NCBI GenBank assembly: GCA_963728635.1
Contig: CAVSKR010000002.1
Span: forward strand, 136,140 to 200,139
Length of the DNA: 64,000 nt
From: an uncultured Chloroflexia bacterium
GTDB taxonomy: Bacteria > Chloroflexota > Limnocylindria > Limnocylindrales > CSP1-4
Direction of reading: 5' to 3'
The notes below the pieces were generated by a model that was given only the letters and a program-made list of their open reading frames with translations, was not told the DNA's origin and did not search any database. Numbering within the stretch: the first letter of the stretch is position 1; each line of letters opens with the position of its first letter. Shown here one piece after another: positions 48,959 to 59,314 of this stretch. Both the position numbers and the translations under genes were made by a program.

Positions 48959-50872
48959 TCAGGCCGGGACCGGGGATTCGAGCTTCTCGATCCGGATCGC
49001 CGTGGCCTTGAACTCCGCGGTGCCCGACTTCGGGTCGGTCGCATCGATCGTGAGCAGGTTCGTCGCCACGTCGTCCTGGAAGTGGAGCGTCATGAACGTG
49101 AGCCCCGGCCGCAGGGACGGGTCGATCCGGACCGGGACCTCGACGTGGCCGCGACGCGACACGACCCGCACGCGCTGCCCCTCGACGAGACCGTACGCGT
49201 CGGCGTCTTCCGGCGAGATGTCGAGCGACTCGCCGCGGCGGAGGGGGGACGTGTACCCGGCCGTCTGGACACCCGTGTTGTACGAGTCGAGCCGGCGTCC
49301 CGTCGTGAGGCGGATCGGGTATTCGTCGGTGAGCTTGTCGACCGGCGGGTCGTGGTCGACCGGGACGAACGGCACCCGATTGCCCGGCACCGGGTCTTCC
49401 CAGAGTCGACTGTGGAGGAACAGCTCACCGGGGTGGTTCTCGTCGTAGCACGGCCACTGGAGGCCGCCGAGCTCCTCGAGCCGTCGATAGGACATGCCGG
49501 CGTGCACGGGCGACAGCGCGCGGACCTCGTCCCACACACGCTCCGCGACCGCCTCGCCCCAGTCCGCGCCCATCCGGTTCGCCAGCTCGAAGATGATGGC
49601 GAGGTCGTCACGCGCCCCGTCGGGCGGAGCGACCGCGGCGCGGACGCGCTGGACGCGTCGTTCCGAGTTCGTGACGGTCCCCTCCGCCTCGGCCCACGCC
49701 GCAGATGCGGGCAGGACAACGTCCGCGATCTCCGCGGTCCGCGTCAGGAAGAGGTCCTGCACCACGAGCATGTCGAGCCCCTCGAGCAGCCCGATCGCGC
49801 GGTGCTGGTCGGCCTCGGACTGGACCGGGTTCTCACCGATGCAGTACACGGCGGTCAGGTCGCCCCGCTCCATCGCATCGAACATGCCGGACAGATGCCA
49901 GCCACGCTGCGGCGGGATCGCCACGCCCCAGGCTGCGTCGAACTTGGCGCGCAGCTCGTCGTTCTCGACGTGCTGGAAACCGGGCAGTCGATCGGGCAGC
50001 GCACCCATGTCGCCGCCGCCCTGGACGTTGTTCTGGCCACGGAGCGGGTTGACGCCGCTGCCGTACCGACCCACATGCCCGGTCAGCAGCACCAGGGAGA
50101 TCAGGGCAAGAACGTTGTCGACCGCGTTGTGGTGCTCCGTGATCCCGAGGGTCCAGCAGATCATCGCCCGCGGTGCGGTGGCCAGCGCGTGGGCCAATTC
50201 CCGGATCGCCTCGGCCGGGACGCCGGTCTCCTTCTCGGCGTACTCGAGCGTGTACGACTCGACCTTGGCCTTGTAGGCGTCGAAGTCGACCGTCGCCCGC
50301 TCGATGAACTCGCGGTTCTCGAGACCCGCGGCGATGATCTCGCGCGCGACCGCGTTGGCCAGGGCGATGTCGCTGCCGACGTCGAGGCCGAGCCAGCTAT
50401 CTGCCCACTCCGCGCTCGACGTCCGGCGCGGGTCGACGGCGTACAGTCGGGCGCCCTTGTGCACGGCCTTGAGGACGTGATGGAAGAAGATCGGATGCGT
50501 CTCGCGGGCGTTGCTGCCCCAGAGGACGATCAGGTCGGTGTCCTCGGCCTCACGGTATGAGCTTGTGCCGCCACCGGCACCGAACACGGTCGCCAGACCG
50601 GCGACACTCGGGGCGTGTCAGGTGCGGTTGCAGCTGTCGATGTTGTTGCTGCCCAGGACCGCCCGGCTGAACTTCTGGGCTGCGAAGTTGACCTCGTTGG
50701 TCGCCTTGCTGCAGCTGAAGGTGCCGAAGGTCGTCGGGCCGTGAGCCGCCTTCGCGGCCTGGAACCCGGCGACCACCTTGTCCAGCGCTTCGTCCCAGGT
50801 CGCGGGTCGAAGCTCGCCGCCCTTCGTGTCGCGGACGAGGGGCTGGGTCAGACGTACGTAGGGTCGCGCCAC
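48959..50872 (-). CDS. fdhA: Selenocysteine-containing formate dehydrogenase catalytic (molybdopterin) subunit; the in-frame TGA at 50618-50620 is read as Sec
   Basis: GTG at about 50872 after GGAGGG. Residues before the TGA (MARPYVRLTQPL...NIDSCNRT) and after it (HAPSVAGLATVFG...) form one continuous conserved FDH sequence. The ORF track splits it into 50618..51139 and 48959..50587. Confidence 0.75.
50585..50620 (-). other. UGA-Sec codon plus bacterial SECIS hairpin (GUCGCC-GGUCU-GGCGAC)
   Basis: The GGUCUG apical loop sits 19-24 nt 3' of the UGA, the same position as in the E. coli fdhF SECIS, and it encodes the conserved VAGL. Confidence 0.7.
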
Positions 50873-50967
50873 GCGGGGCCCTCCTGCGGAAGACGACCGT
50901 CCGAGTGTACCCCTTGACGACCGGCCCTTCGGACGCCACCCTCCGCATCGTTCATGCGAGGGGACAC

Positions 50968-51558
50968 ATGACGACCGACGCCGCCACAGCCGATCTGCAC
51001 GAACCGCCGCCGCTCTTCTGCTACCGCCATCCGGACCGCGAGACGTGGGTCCGCTGTGGTCGCTGCGACCAGCCGATCTGCACGCGCTGCACGATGCAGG
51101 GCCCGGTCGGGTTGCGCTGCAGGTCGTGCGGCAAGCCATCGCGCGACGCCCTCGCGTCGCTCAAGCCGAACCAGATCGCGATCGGCCTGGCTGTGGCCAC
51201 CGGGCTCGGCGCGGTCGTGGGCTACTTCGGGGCGCAGTTCGGGCTCTTCATGATCATCGTTGGCTTCTTCGCCGGCACCATCATCGCGGAGGCGCTCGAC
51301 CGGACGATCGGCATCAAGCGCGGGCCACGGATCCTCGCCATCGCGATCACCGGGATCGTGGTCGGCAGCGTGCTCGGCGCGTCGCTGTCGCTCGTCGGAT
51401 TGTGGCGGGAGATGCTGGAGTTCGCGGCGATGGCCGAGGCGGCCGGGGAGTCTGGCTATCCGGCCCCGTCGCTCGACGTGTACCTCCTCCAGTACGTGCC
51501 CTCCGGGCTGATCAGCATGGGCGCGACGATCGTCGGCGCGTACGTCCGACTGCGCTAG
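50968..51558 (+). CDS. Zinc-ribbon (B-box-like) membrane protein
   Basis: ATG at 50968. CxxC-x-CxxC-x-CxxC cluster followed by TM helices. Confidence 0.45.
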   Translation: MTTDAATADLHEPPPLFCYRHPDRETWVRCGRCDQPICTRCTMQGPVGLRCRSCGKPSRDALASLKPNQIAIGLAVATGLGAVVGYFGAQFGLFMIIVGFFAGTIIAEALDRTIGIKRGPRILAIAITGIVVGSVLGASLSLVGLWREMLEFAAMAEAAGESGYPAPSLDVYLLQYVPSGLISMGATIVGAYVRLR

Positions 51559-52604
51559 GCCAGCGCGACTCCCGAACCGACCTCGACGCCGCCGATCCGC
51601 CAGGCGTCGACCCCGGCCGCGTGAAGCTGGTCGAGGACGCCGCCGAGCCGGTCTTCTGCGAGGGCCGCCAGGAGCCCACCGCCCGTCTGCGGGTCATGGG
51701 CGAGGGTGACCAATTCGCTCGGGACCTCCTCCAGGACGTCGAGCTCTTCCGCGACGAAGCGCCGGTTGTGCGCGGCGCCACCCGTCTCGACGCCGGCCGT
51801 GACCAGCTCGACCGCCCCGGACAGCGCCGGCAGGGCCCCCGCCTCGAACACGAGCCGCGCGCCTGAGGCTCGCGCCATCTCGAGTCCATGCCCGAGCAGC
51901 CCAAACCCGGTGACGTCGGTCGCCGCGGTCACGCCGTTGGCCACGAGCACCTCGGACGCCGCCCGGTTGAGGGTGCGCATCCCCTCGATCGCGGCGGCCA
52001 TGTCGGCCTCCCGGGTCTGACCCTGGCGCGCACCGCTCACCAACAGCCCGGTACCGAGGGGCTTGGTCAGGATCAGAACGTCGCCGGGTCGCGCCCCGCC
52101 CTTGCGCAGAAGCCGGTCGGGGTGCGCCGCGCCGATGACGGCCAGCCCGTACTTCGGCTCCGGGTCGCGGATCGTGTGGCCGCCCGCCAGCGTGCCGCCA
52201 GCCTCGCGCACCTTGGCCGACGCGCCGCCGAACACTTCGGCGAGCACGTCGCGCGGCAGCTCCTCGGGGAATGCCGCGATCGACAGGGCGAAGAGGACGC
52301 GGCCACCCATCGCGAACACGTCGCTCATCGCGTTCGCGGCCGCGATTTCGCCGAACGTCCATGCGTCGTCGACCAGCGGCGGGAAGAAGTCCAGCGTGCC
52401 GATGATCGCGAGGTCGTCGCTGACCCGGTACGCGGCGGCGTCGTCCGGCGGGTTGAGACCGGCGATCAGCTCGTCCGGGGCTGCCTCGGCGCCCAGACCC
52501 GCCAGCGCATCGGTGAGCAGGTCCGCACCGAGCTTCGCCGCGCAGCCGCCGCAGTCGGTCAGCGTCGTGAGGCGCAACGCGGGGATGTCGGACAGGGTCG
52601 TCAC
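51555..52604 (-). CDS. selD: Selenide, water dikinase
   Basis: About 349 aa. Motif LTDCGGCAAK (Cys form) in the N-terminal glycine-rich loop, with AIR-synthase-related domains. Confidence 0.8.
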   Translation of the reverse strand: MTTLSDIPALRLTTLTDCGGCAAKLGADLLTDALAGLGAEAAPDELIAGLNPPDDAAAYRVSDDLAIIGTLDFFPPLVDDAWTFGEIAAANAMSDVFAMGGRVLFALSIAAFPEELPRDVLAEVFGGASAKVREAGGTLAGGHTIRDPEPKYGLAVIGAAHPDRLLRKGGARPGDVLILTKPLGTGLLVSGARQGQTREADMAAAIEGMRTLNRAASEVLVANGVTAATDVTGFGLLGHGLEMARASGARLVFEAGALPALSGAVELVTAGVETGGAAHNRRFVAEELDVLEEVPSELVTLAHDPQTGGGLLAALAEDRLGGVLDQLHAAGVDAWRIGGVEVGSGVALA

Positions 52605-52640
52605 GGGCCGATGATAGGCCGCTTCCCAGTACCATCGTGT

Positions 52641-52738
52641 CGGGAGCGGTCGGGCCCCGGTGGGTCCCCCGGTCTTCAAAACCGGTGACGCCGCGCTCGG
52701 CGTGGCGTGGTGGGTTCGACTCCCACGCGTTCCCGCCA
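52641..52738 (+). tRNA. selC: tRNA-Sec (anticodon TCA)
   Basis: Anticodon stem CCGGT/ACCGG with loop CTTCAAA. Long variable arm. T-arm GTGGG-TTCGACT-CCCAC. Extended acceptor stem and encoded CCA. Confidence 0.75.
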
Positions 52739-52748
52739 CGGAGGATCG

Positions 52749-54119
52749 ATGTCGTCGAAGCCGGTCGTCCACCCGCGTCCGCCCAGCGTCGACCATCTGT
52801 TGACGTCGATCCGACTGCGGGAGGGCTTCGAGCGCGAGCATGAGGTCGTTGCCGACGCCGCCCGCGCGGTGATCGAAGAGGAGCGGGCGCGCATCACGGC
52901 CGGGGAGGACCCGAGGCTGGTCGGCGCGCTCGTCGATGACGTGGTGGCACACCTGGACGCATCCATCTCAGCGGCCGCTGACGTCGTCATCAACGCGACC
53001 GGCGTGATCGTCCACACCAACCTGGGCCGCGCACCGTGGTCGTGGCTCGCCAACGCCGCAGTCGGCCAAACGACCGATTATCTGCTGCTCGAGATCGATC
53101 GGGCGACCGGCCGCCGGGGTCGACGATTTCGACAGGCCGAGGAACACCTTGTCGCCCTCACTGGCGCCGACGACGCCCTGGTGACGAACAACAACGCGGC
53201 GGCCCTCGTGCTGGCCGTCGGCTTGGCGGGTCGCGGGGGTGTCGTCGTGTCGCGCGGCGAGCTCGTCGAGATCGGCGGCGGCGTTCGCATCCCCGACATC
53301 ATCCGGCGTGCCGGAGCGAAGCTCATCGAGGTCGGCACGACCAATCGGACGCGTGCCGAGGACTTCGAGGCTCCCCTTGCCGAGGGTCGAGCGCGTGCGG
53401 TGCTCCGCGTCCACCCGTCGAACTTCACGATCGCCGGATTCACGGAATCGCCCGACCCCGGCCGAGTGGCCGAGCTGGCGCACCAGCATGGCGCTTTCGT
53501 CGTCGACGATCTCGGATCAGGCGCACTGCTTCCGACCGAGCGCTTCGGGCTTGCGCACGAACCGACGCCCAGCGAGCGCCTGGCGGCCGGATCCGACATC
53601 GTGACGTTCAGCGGCGACAAGCTCGTCGGGGGGCCGCAGGCCGGGCTGGTGGTCGGCCGCGGCGACCTCATCGCGAGGATGCGGCGCGATCCGCTCGCAC
53701 GCGCGATGCGCCCCGACAAGGCGACCCTGCTGGGCGTGGCGGCGACCCTAGGGCTGTACCGCGCCGGGCTCGCGACGACGCACATCCCGGTGTGGATGAT
53801 GATCGCGACGCCCCTCGAGGCACTCCGCGCCCGCGCCGAGCGGGTGGCCGGAAGGATCGGATCCGCGGCGTCGGTCACCGAGATGCAGTCGACGATCGGC
53901 GGCGGCAGCCTGCCCGGCGAGACGATCCCATCTGTCGGCGTGGCGGTTCGGGCTCGGTCTGCCGACGATCTCCTGGCACGGATCCGGCAATGCGGTCGCC
54001 ACGCCGTCATCGGTCGAATCGAGGCGGATCGTGTCCTGCTCGACCTGCGGACGGTCCATCCCGATCACGACCGCCGACTCGCGACCACGCTCAGGGTCGC
54101 GCTCGCTGCCGGACGATGA
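52749..54119 (+). CDS. selA: L-seryl-tRNA(Sec) selenium transferase
   Basis: ATG at 52749 after GGAGGA. PLP fold with Lys motif [13 protein letters not shown]. Confidence 0.85.
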   Translation: MSSKPVVHPRPPSVDHLLTSIRLREGFEREHEVVADAARAVIEEERARITAGEDPRLVGALVDDVVAHLDASISAAADVVINATGVIVHTNLGRAPWSWLANAAVGQTTDYLLLEIDRATGRRGRRFRQAEEHLVALTGADDALVTNNNAAALVLAVGLAGRGGVVVSRGELVEIGGGVRIPDIIRRAGAKLIEVGTTNRTRAEDFEAPLAEGRARAVLRVHPSNFTIAGFTESPDPGRVAELAHQHGAFVVDDLGSGALLPTERFGLAHEPTPSERLAAGSDIVTFSGDKLVGGPQAGLVVGRGDLIARMRRDPLARAMRPDKATLLGVAATLGLYRAGLATTHIPVWMMIATPLEALRARAERVAGRIGSAASVTEMQSTIGGGSLPGETIPSVGVAVRARSADDLLARIRQCGRHAVIGRIEADRVLLDLRTVHPDHDRRLATTLRVALAAGR

Positions 54120-55885
54120 CCATCGTCGTCGGCACTGCGGGCCACATCGACCACGGGAAGACCACGCTGCTGCGCGCGCTGACCGGCATCGACGCGGACC
54201 GGTTGCCGGAGGAGCGCCGGCGGGGGATGACGATCGATATCGGCTACGCCCATCTGGACGCCGATGACGGCACGACGATCGACTTCGTCGACGTGCCCGG
54301 ACACGACAAGCTGGTCGGCAACATGCTCGTCGGGGCAGGCGAGGTCCACGCCGCCATGCTTGTCGTGGCCGCAGACGACGGGCCGCGCGCCCAGACGCTC
54401 GAGCACCTCGCGCTGCTCGACGCGTTCGGGATAGCGCCTGCGCTCGCGGTCGTGACGAAGATCGACGCCGTTCCGGCTGACCGGACGGAGGAGGTACGGC
54501 GGCAGGTCGCCGCGCTCCTCGCGCCGACCTCCATGAGTGATGCGCCCGTCCTCGCCGCATCCAGCGCGACCGGCGAGGGCGTGGCTGCGGTTCGCGCGGC
54601 GCTCATCACGCTCGGCGGTCGCGTTCGTCTCGGGGCGGGTCCACCGACGCTCGCCATCGACCGGGTCTTCACGATGAAGGGCCGCGGCGTGGTCGTGACC
54701 GGCACGCTTCGCGGCGGGCCACTCGCCCGAGGCGACGCGCTCCGCACCGTCCCGGGCGAGCGCAACGTGCGGATCCGCGAGATCCAGGTCCATGGCGTCA
54801 CCGTGGAGCGAGTCGTCGAGGGTGGTCGGACCGCGCTGAACCTGGCCGGTGTGGCGGAAGCCGAGCTGCATCGCGGGATGGTGCTGACCGCCGACCCGAC
54901 GGTCACGGCGACGGACCGATTCCTCGCCGCGTTGCGGCCGGTGGTCGCCGACCGCACGCGGGGCCGCGCCCATGCCGGCACGGCAGCCGTCGATGCGACA
55001 GTCGGGCGGAGCGGCCGCGACGCCCTGATGCTGCCTGACGGGCGAGCCGCCGGGACCGTGCGTCTTGCCGCGCCGATCGCGCTCCGGCCGGGCGATCGCT
55101 TCGTTCTGAGGCGTGGCGGCGAGATCGAACCGGTGGGTGGTGTGGTCCTCGACACGACGCCACCGCGTGGGATCTCCCGGCGACGGCAGACGCCCAAACG
55201 AGTCGCGGCGCTTGGGGACCTGGTCGGCGCGCCGGATCCACGACTCGACCTCCACGGAGCCGCAGGCGGTGGGCTGGCTCCCGATGTGCACCTGCTCGCC
55301 GCGGACGCGGCGATCGCTGCCGTCGATCCTGAGGCCCCGCTCTCGATGGTTCGCAACGCGGTGGCCCGAGCACTTCGTCGCGCGGTCACGATCCGGCGCG
55401 ATGAGGCGGCCGCCGCCGCGGCTGCCGTCGTCGACCGGCTGATCCGCGAGGAGCGACTGGTTCGCGACGGCGAGATCGTTCGACGACCCGGTGTGCGTGC
55501 GGCGGTCCCCGACCCGGCACTCGTTGCCGCGATGGACAGGCTCGAGTCGGCAGTCGCTGGCGTCGCACCCCCGCCCCTGGCCGAGGCGGCGCGCGCCGTC
55601 GGCTGTCCGCCGGCCGGCATTCGAGAGCTCGAGCGAGCCGGACGCATCGTCGTCCTCGATGCCGACCTGGCCTACGCGGCGGGCACCTACGGCGACCTGA
55701 CCGATCGGGCCTTGACGATGGCCGCAAGGGCACCGCTCACGCCCGCCGCCTTCCGCGACGCCACCGGGACCAGCCGCAAGTACGTCATGGCCATCCTCGA
55801 GGATCTCGACCGCCGGGCGCTCCTGCGGCGGACGCCGGCGGGGCACGTACCGGGACCGAAGGCGCCGGCCGTCGCCGGGCGATGA
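54116..55885 (+). CDS. selB: Selenocysteine-specific translation elongation factor
   Basis: ATGA overlap with selA. GTPase motifs [16 protein letters not shown] and TKID, plus C-terminal winged-helix domains. Confidence 0.85.
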   Translation: MTIVVGTAGHIDHGKTTLLRALTGIDADRLPEERRRGMTIDIGYAHLDADDGTTIDFVDVPGHDKLVGNMLVGAGEVHAAMLVVAADDGPRAQTLEHLALLDAFGIAPALAVVTKIDAVPADRTEEVRRQVAALLAPTSMSDAPVLAASSATGEGVAAVRAALITLGGRVRLGAGPPTLAIDRVFTMKGRGVVVTGTLRGGPLARGDALRTVPGERNVRIREIQVHGVTVERVVEGGRTALNLAGVAEAELHRGMVLTADPTVTATDRFLAALRPVVADRTRGRAHAGTAAVDATVGRSGRDALMLPDGRAAGTVRLAAPIALRPGDRFVLRRGGEIEPVGGVVLDTTPPRGISRRRQTPKRVAALGDLVGAPDPRLDLHGAAGGGLAPDVHLLAADAAIAAVDPEAPLSMVRNAVARALRRAVTIRRDEAAAAAAAVVDRLIREERLVRDGEIVRRPGVRAAVPDPALVAAMDRLESAVAGVAPPPLAEAARAVGCPPAGIRELERAGRIVVLDADLAYAAGTYGDLTDRALTMAARAPLTPAAFRDATGTSRKYVMAILEDLDRRALLRRTPAGHVPGPKAPAVAGR

Positions 55886-56472
55886 CCGAGCGCATCGCAG
55901 CGATCGTCCTGGCGGGCGGTCGCTCGACCCGCTTCGGGCGCGACAAGCTCGCCGAGCCGATCAACGGTCAGCGGATGCTCGATCGAGCGATCGCGGCCGT
56001 CGCGCAGGTTGCTGATGTTGTGATGGTCATCGCGCCGCCGGATTCGGTGCCGGCGATCACGTCGCAGGTACAGATGCTCCACGATGCCCGCGCGTTCGAA
56101 GGGCCCCTCGCCGGCCTCGCGACCGGCCTCGATGCGATGGACCCGACCATCGAACGCGTCATCGTGGTCGGTGGCGACATGCCGACGCTCGTGCCCGCCG
56201 TGCTGCGCCGGCTCATCGATGCGCTCGAGACGCACGAAGCGGCCGCGCTGGCCGACGCAGCCGGTCCGCGGCCGCTCCCCATCGCGCTCCGCCGGTCCGT
56301 TGCCGGCCCGGTCGTCGGCCGACTGCTGGCTGGAGGCGAGCGGCGGCTTCGCGCGCTGGTCGACGAACTGCAGACGTTCTTTATCCCGGCCGCGGACTGG
56401 CTGAGAGACGACCCGACGGGCGCGACCTTGGCCGACGTCGACACGCCGGCCGACTTGCCAGACAGGAGCTGA
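55882..56472 (+). CDS. mobA: Molybdenum cofactor guanylyltransferase
   Basis: ATGA overlap with selB. N-terminal LAGGRSTRFG. Confidence 0.75.
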   Translation: MTERIAAIVLAGGRSTRFGRDKLAEPINGQRMLDRAIAAVAQVADVVMVIAPPDSVPAITSQVQMLHDARAFEGPLAGLATGLDAMDPTIERVIVVGGDMPTLVPAVLRRLIDALETHEAAALADAAGPRPLPIALRRSVAGPVVGRLLAGGERRLRALVDELQTFFIPAADWLRDDPTGATLADVDTPADLPDRS

Positions 56473-56546
56473 ACCCACGCTCACGAGCGCTGGCAGGATC
56501 GGCAGACCTGCAGGGTGACGAGGCCGTCCGTCGTCCGGCAGACACA

Positions 56547-56579
56547 CGACGACCCCCGTTGGAGGGACGGGGGTCGTCG
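56547..56579. terminator. Perfect 13-bp stem hairpin (CGACGACCCCCGT / ACGGGGGTCGTCG) between convergent genes
   Basis: Directly visible; there is no U-tract. Confidence 0.4.
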
Positions 56580-56610
56580 CGGGTATGGACGAAGCTGAGG
56601 GGAGGAGGCC

Positions 56611-56820
56611 TTAGCTCCGGTTGGGCGAGTCGTCCAGCTTCGGGAACAGCGTGCCCCGGTTATCGATCGGCATGGCCAGCGCGGCCAGCAGATTCGACGC
56701 AGCGGAGCTGATCCGCTCGAACAGTGACGGGCGGTCGACCCGGTGGAGGCGAGCCTCTGCGGCCTCGTCGAGCAGGTCCTGCAGATGTGCGTTCACGTAC
56801 AGGATCGCGAGTGCGTTCAT
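56611..56820 (-). CDS. Small hypothetical protein (69 aa)
   Basis: ATG at 56820 preceded by AAGGAG. Confidence 0.3.
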   Translation of the reverse strand: MNALAILYVNAHLQDLLDEAAEARLHRVDRPSLFERISSAASNLLAALAMPIDNRGTLFPKLDDSPNRS

Positions 56821-56954
56821 GGCTTGATCGCTCCTTTCTGCGTCATCCGGTTCGTTCCGGTGCGCAAATGGAGCATCGCTTGCGCCGCTCGCTGTCGATA
56901 CCGACGTTCGATGCCGAATCCGCATCGTCATCCGTCCATGCCGGCGAGACTGGG

Positions 56955-58610
56955 TCAGCCGTCGAGCTCGGGTGTCTCGTACACGGCCACGCCCTCGACG
57001 AACGTCCCGACCACGCTCGCCGCGAGGATCTCGCCGGCGCCGCGATCGAACAAATCGCGGTCGAGGACCGCCAAGTCAGCGAGCTTCCCGACCTCGAGCG
57101 TGCCCGTCTCGTGTTCGAGGTGGTTCACCCAGGCCGAACCGCTGGTGAAGGCCGCGAGCGCGTCGATCAGGTCGAGCCGCTCCTCGGGCAGAAAGACATC
57201 CCGGTCGCCGGCGTACCAGGCGGGGGCGCGGCGCTCCACCGCGATGTGCATCTCCCAGATCGGGTTCGCGCTCGAGACGCTCCAGTCGGAGCCCATCGCG
57301 AGCACGGCTCCCGCGGCTCGGAGCGAGCGGAATGGGTACTGCCAGCGCCAGCGCTCACCGAGGAACGGCGTCGTCAGGACGTCCATCTGATCGTCGCGGG
57401 CGGCCCACAGCGGCTGGGCGTTGGCCGCCACGTCAAGTTGCCGGAAGCGTGCGATGTCGTCGGGGTGGATGACCTGGATGTGCGCGATGTGGGGCCGGGT
57501 ATCGGAGGGACCGTTAGCGCGTCGAGCGGCCTCGACCGCATCGAGTGACGCGCGCACCGCCCGGTCGCCGATGGCGTGGAAATGAGGCTGGAACCCGAGG
57601 GCGTCGAGCTGTGGCACCCAGCTCGCGAGCCCCTCGGGGTCGATCTGGAGCAGGCCCCGGTTTCCGGTCGTCCCGCCGTGGCCGTCGCCGTACGGCTCGA
57701 GCATCGCGCCGGTGAAGTTCTCGAGGACCCCGTCCATCATCAGCTTGACGCTGGTCGGCGCGTAGCGCCCGATGGCCGTCGCGCGCCGCCGCTCGACGAA
57801 CTCCTCGATCTGCTCGGCGCCGCGTGCTCGATCCCACCACATCGCCCCGACGACGCGACCCGTGAGCTCGCCGCGGGCGGCCAATGCGACGTACGCGCGC
57901 TCCTCCTGGTGTGCCTCGACGATCGCGTCCTGCCAGGCGGTGATGCCGAACGTGTGCAGGTGGCGCTGGCCCAGGCGCAGCGCTTCCTCGACCTCCGCGG
58001 GCGTGTCGTCGGGCAGCAGCCGGGCGACCAGGTCCATCGCGCCTTCGTGGAGCGTGCCGCTCGGTGTCCCGTCCGCGTCGCGCTCGATCCGCCCGTCGGA
58101 CGGATCTGGTGTCGACGCCGTCACACCGGCGAGCTCCAGCGCCTTGGTGTTCACCCACGCGCCGTGGCCGTCCCGGTTGGTCAGGAAGACCGGACGATCC
58201 GGGACGATCCGGTCGAGGACCTCTCGACGCGGCGTCCCGCCCTCGAATGCCGCCATGTACCAGCCGCCGCCGCGGATCCACGGCGAGTCCGGGTTGGACC
58301 GCGCGTACGCCTCGATGACATCGAGCTCTGTGCCGGACTGCGCATCGGCGTGGAGATCGCAGCGCAGCATCGCGAGGCCTCCGTGGACCGGATGGACGTG
58401 CGCATCCTGGAAGCCCGGCGTCACCGTCCGGCCGCGCAGGTCGATGACCCGTGTCTTCGGACCGACAAGGGCCTTCGCGGCGCTGTCGGGCCCGACCATC
58501 GTGATCCGGCCGGCAGTCACCGCGAGCGTGCTCGCCCAGGAACGGGCGCTATCCATCGTGGCGATGCGGCCACCGAGGAGGACGAGGTCGGCGTGTTGGT
58601 CGGTCGTCAT
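56955..58610 (-). CDS. Amidohydrolase-3 family metal-dependent hydrolase (YtcJ-like)
   Basis: Motifs HVHPV near the N-terminus and HAIGD. Confidence 0.75.
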   Translation of the reverse strand: MTTDQHADLVLLGGRIATMDSARSWASTLAVTAGRITMVGPDSAAKALVGPKTRVIDLRGRTVTPGFQDAHVHPVHGGLAMLRCDLHADAQSGTELDVIEAYARSNPDSPWIRGGGWYMAAFEGGTPRREVLDRIVPDRPVFLTNRDGHGAWVNTKALELAGVTASTPDPSDGRIERDADGTPSGTLHEGAMDLVARLLPDDTPAEVEEALRLGQRHLHTFGITAWQDAIVEAHQEERAYVALAARGELTGRVVGAMWWDRARGAEQIEEFVERRRATAIGRYAPTSVKLMMDGVLENFTGAMLEPYGDGHGGTTGNRGLLQIDPEGLASWVPQLDALGFQPHFHAIGDRAVRASLDAVEAARRANGPSDTRPHIAHIQVIHPDDIARFRQLDVAANAQPLWAARDDQMDVLTTPFLGERWRWQYPFRSLRAAGAVLAMGSDWSVSSANPIWEMHIAVERRAPAWYAGDRDVFLPEERLDLIDALAAFTSGSAWVNHLEHETGTLEVGKLADLAVLDRDLFDRGAGEILAASVVGTFVEGVAVYETPELDG

Positions 58611-58686
58611 GGAGGCGAGTCTCGCAGCGTCGCCTGAGGCAACTCGCTGGCATCCCGCACCACGCGACGCGCTAGCATCGCGAGCC

Positions 58687-59235
58687 ATGACCACCGTCCA
58701 CCTTCTCCACGCCGGATACACCGGCGAACGCACGGCCTCTTCCGTCGTCCTGATCCGCGACGGAGACGCCCGCATCGTGGCCGACCCGGGGATGGTCGCC
58801 TCGCGCGCACGAATCCTCGATCCCCTGATGGAGCTGGGGGTCGACCCGGGTGACGTCACCCACGTCTTCCTGAGCCATCACCACCCTGACCACACGATGA
58901 ACGTGGCCCTCTTTCCCAACGCCGAAGTCGTCGACTATTGGGCCCGCTACAAGGACGACCTCTGGCTTGACATGCCAGGTGACGGGTACCGGCTGTCCGA
59001 CAACGCGCAGCTCTGGCTGACGCCGGGGCACACGCGAGAGGACGCCTCGCTGATCGTCGAGGCCGACGACGGCATCTATGCGATGACGCACCTGTGGTGG
59101 GGTGCCGATCGATCGCCTGAGATCGACCCGTATTGCGTCGACCAGCCGGCTTTGGAGGCGGGGCGGCTGCGCGTGCTTGCCGCGGTCGACATCGTCATCC
59201 CTGGCCACGGCGGACCGTTCCGCGTCGAGCGCTAG
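58687..59235 (+). CDS. MBL-fold metallo-hydrolase
   Basis: Motif HHHPDH; 182 aa. Confidence 0.7.
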   Translation: MTTVHLLHAGYTGERTASSVVLIRDGDARIVADPGMVASRARILDPLMELGVDPGDVTHVFLSHHHPDHTMNVALFPNAEVVDYWARYKDDLWLDMPGDGYRLSDNAQLWLTPGHTREDASLIVEADDGIYAMTHLWWGADRSPEIDPYCVDQPALEAGRLRVLAAVDIVIPGHGGPFRVER

Positions 59236-59314
59236 GAACCGCTCTCCGCCGGACGGCGTCGAGGGCGGGATCGGCCGAGTCGGTGATCGGCCCAGCCGGA
59301 GATCGGAGCCAACG

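Noticed and set aside
50618-50620. TGA treated as a true stop, making fdhA a pseudogene split into two ORFs
   Set aside because: The same-frame continuation reads straight into the conserved U-H-x-P-S-V-A-G-L motif and a SECIS hairpin. selABCD are adjacent.
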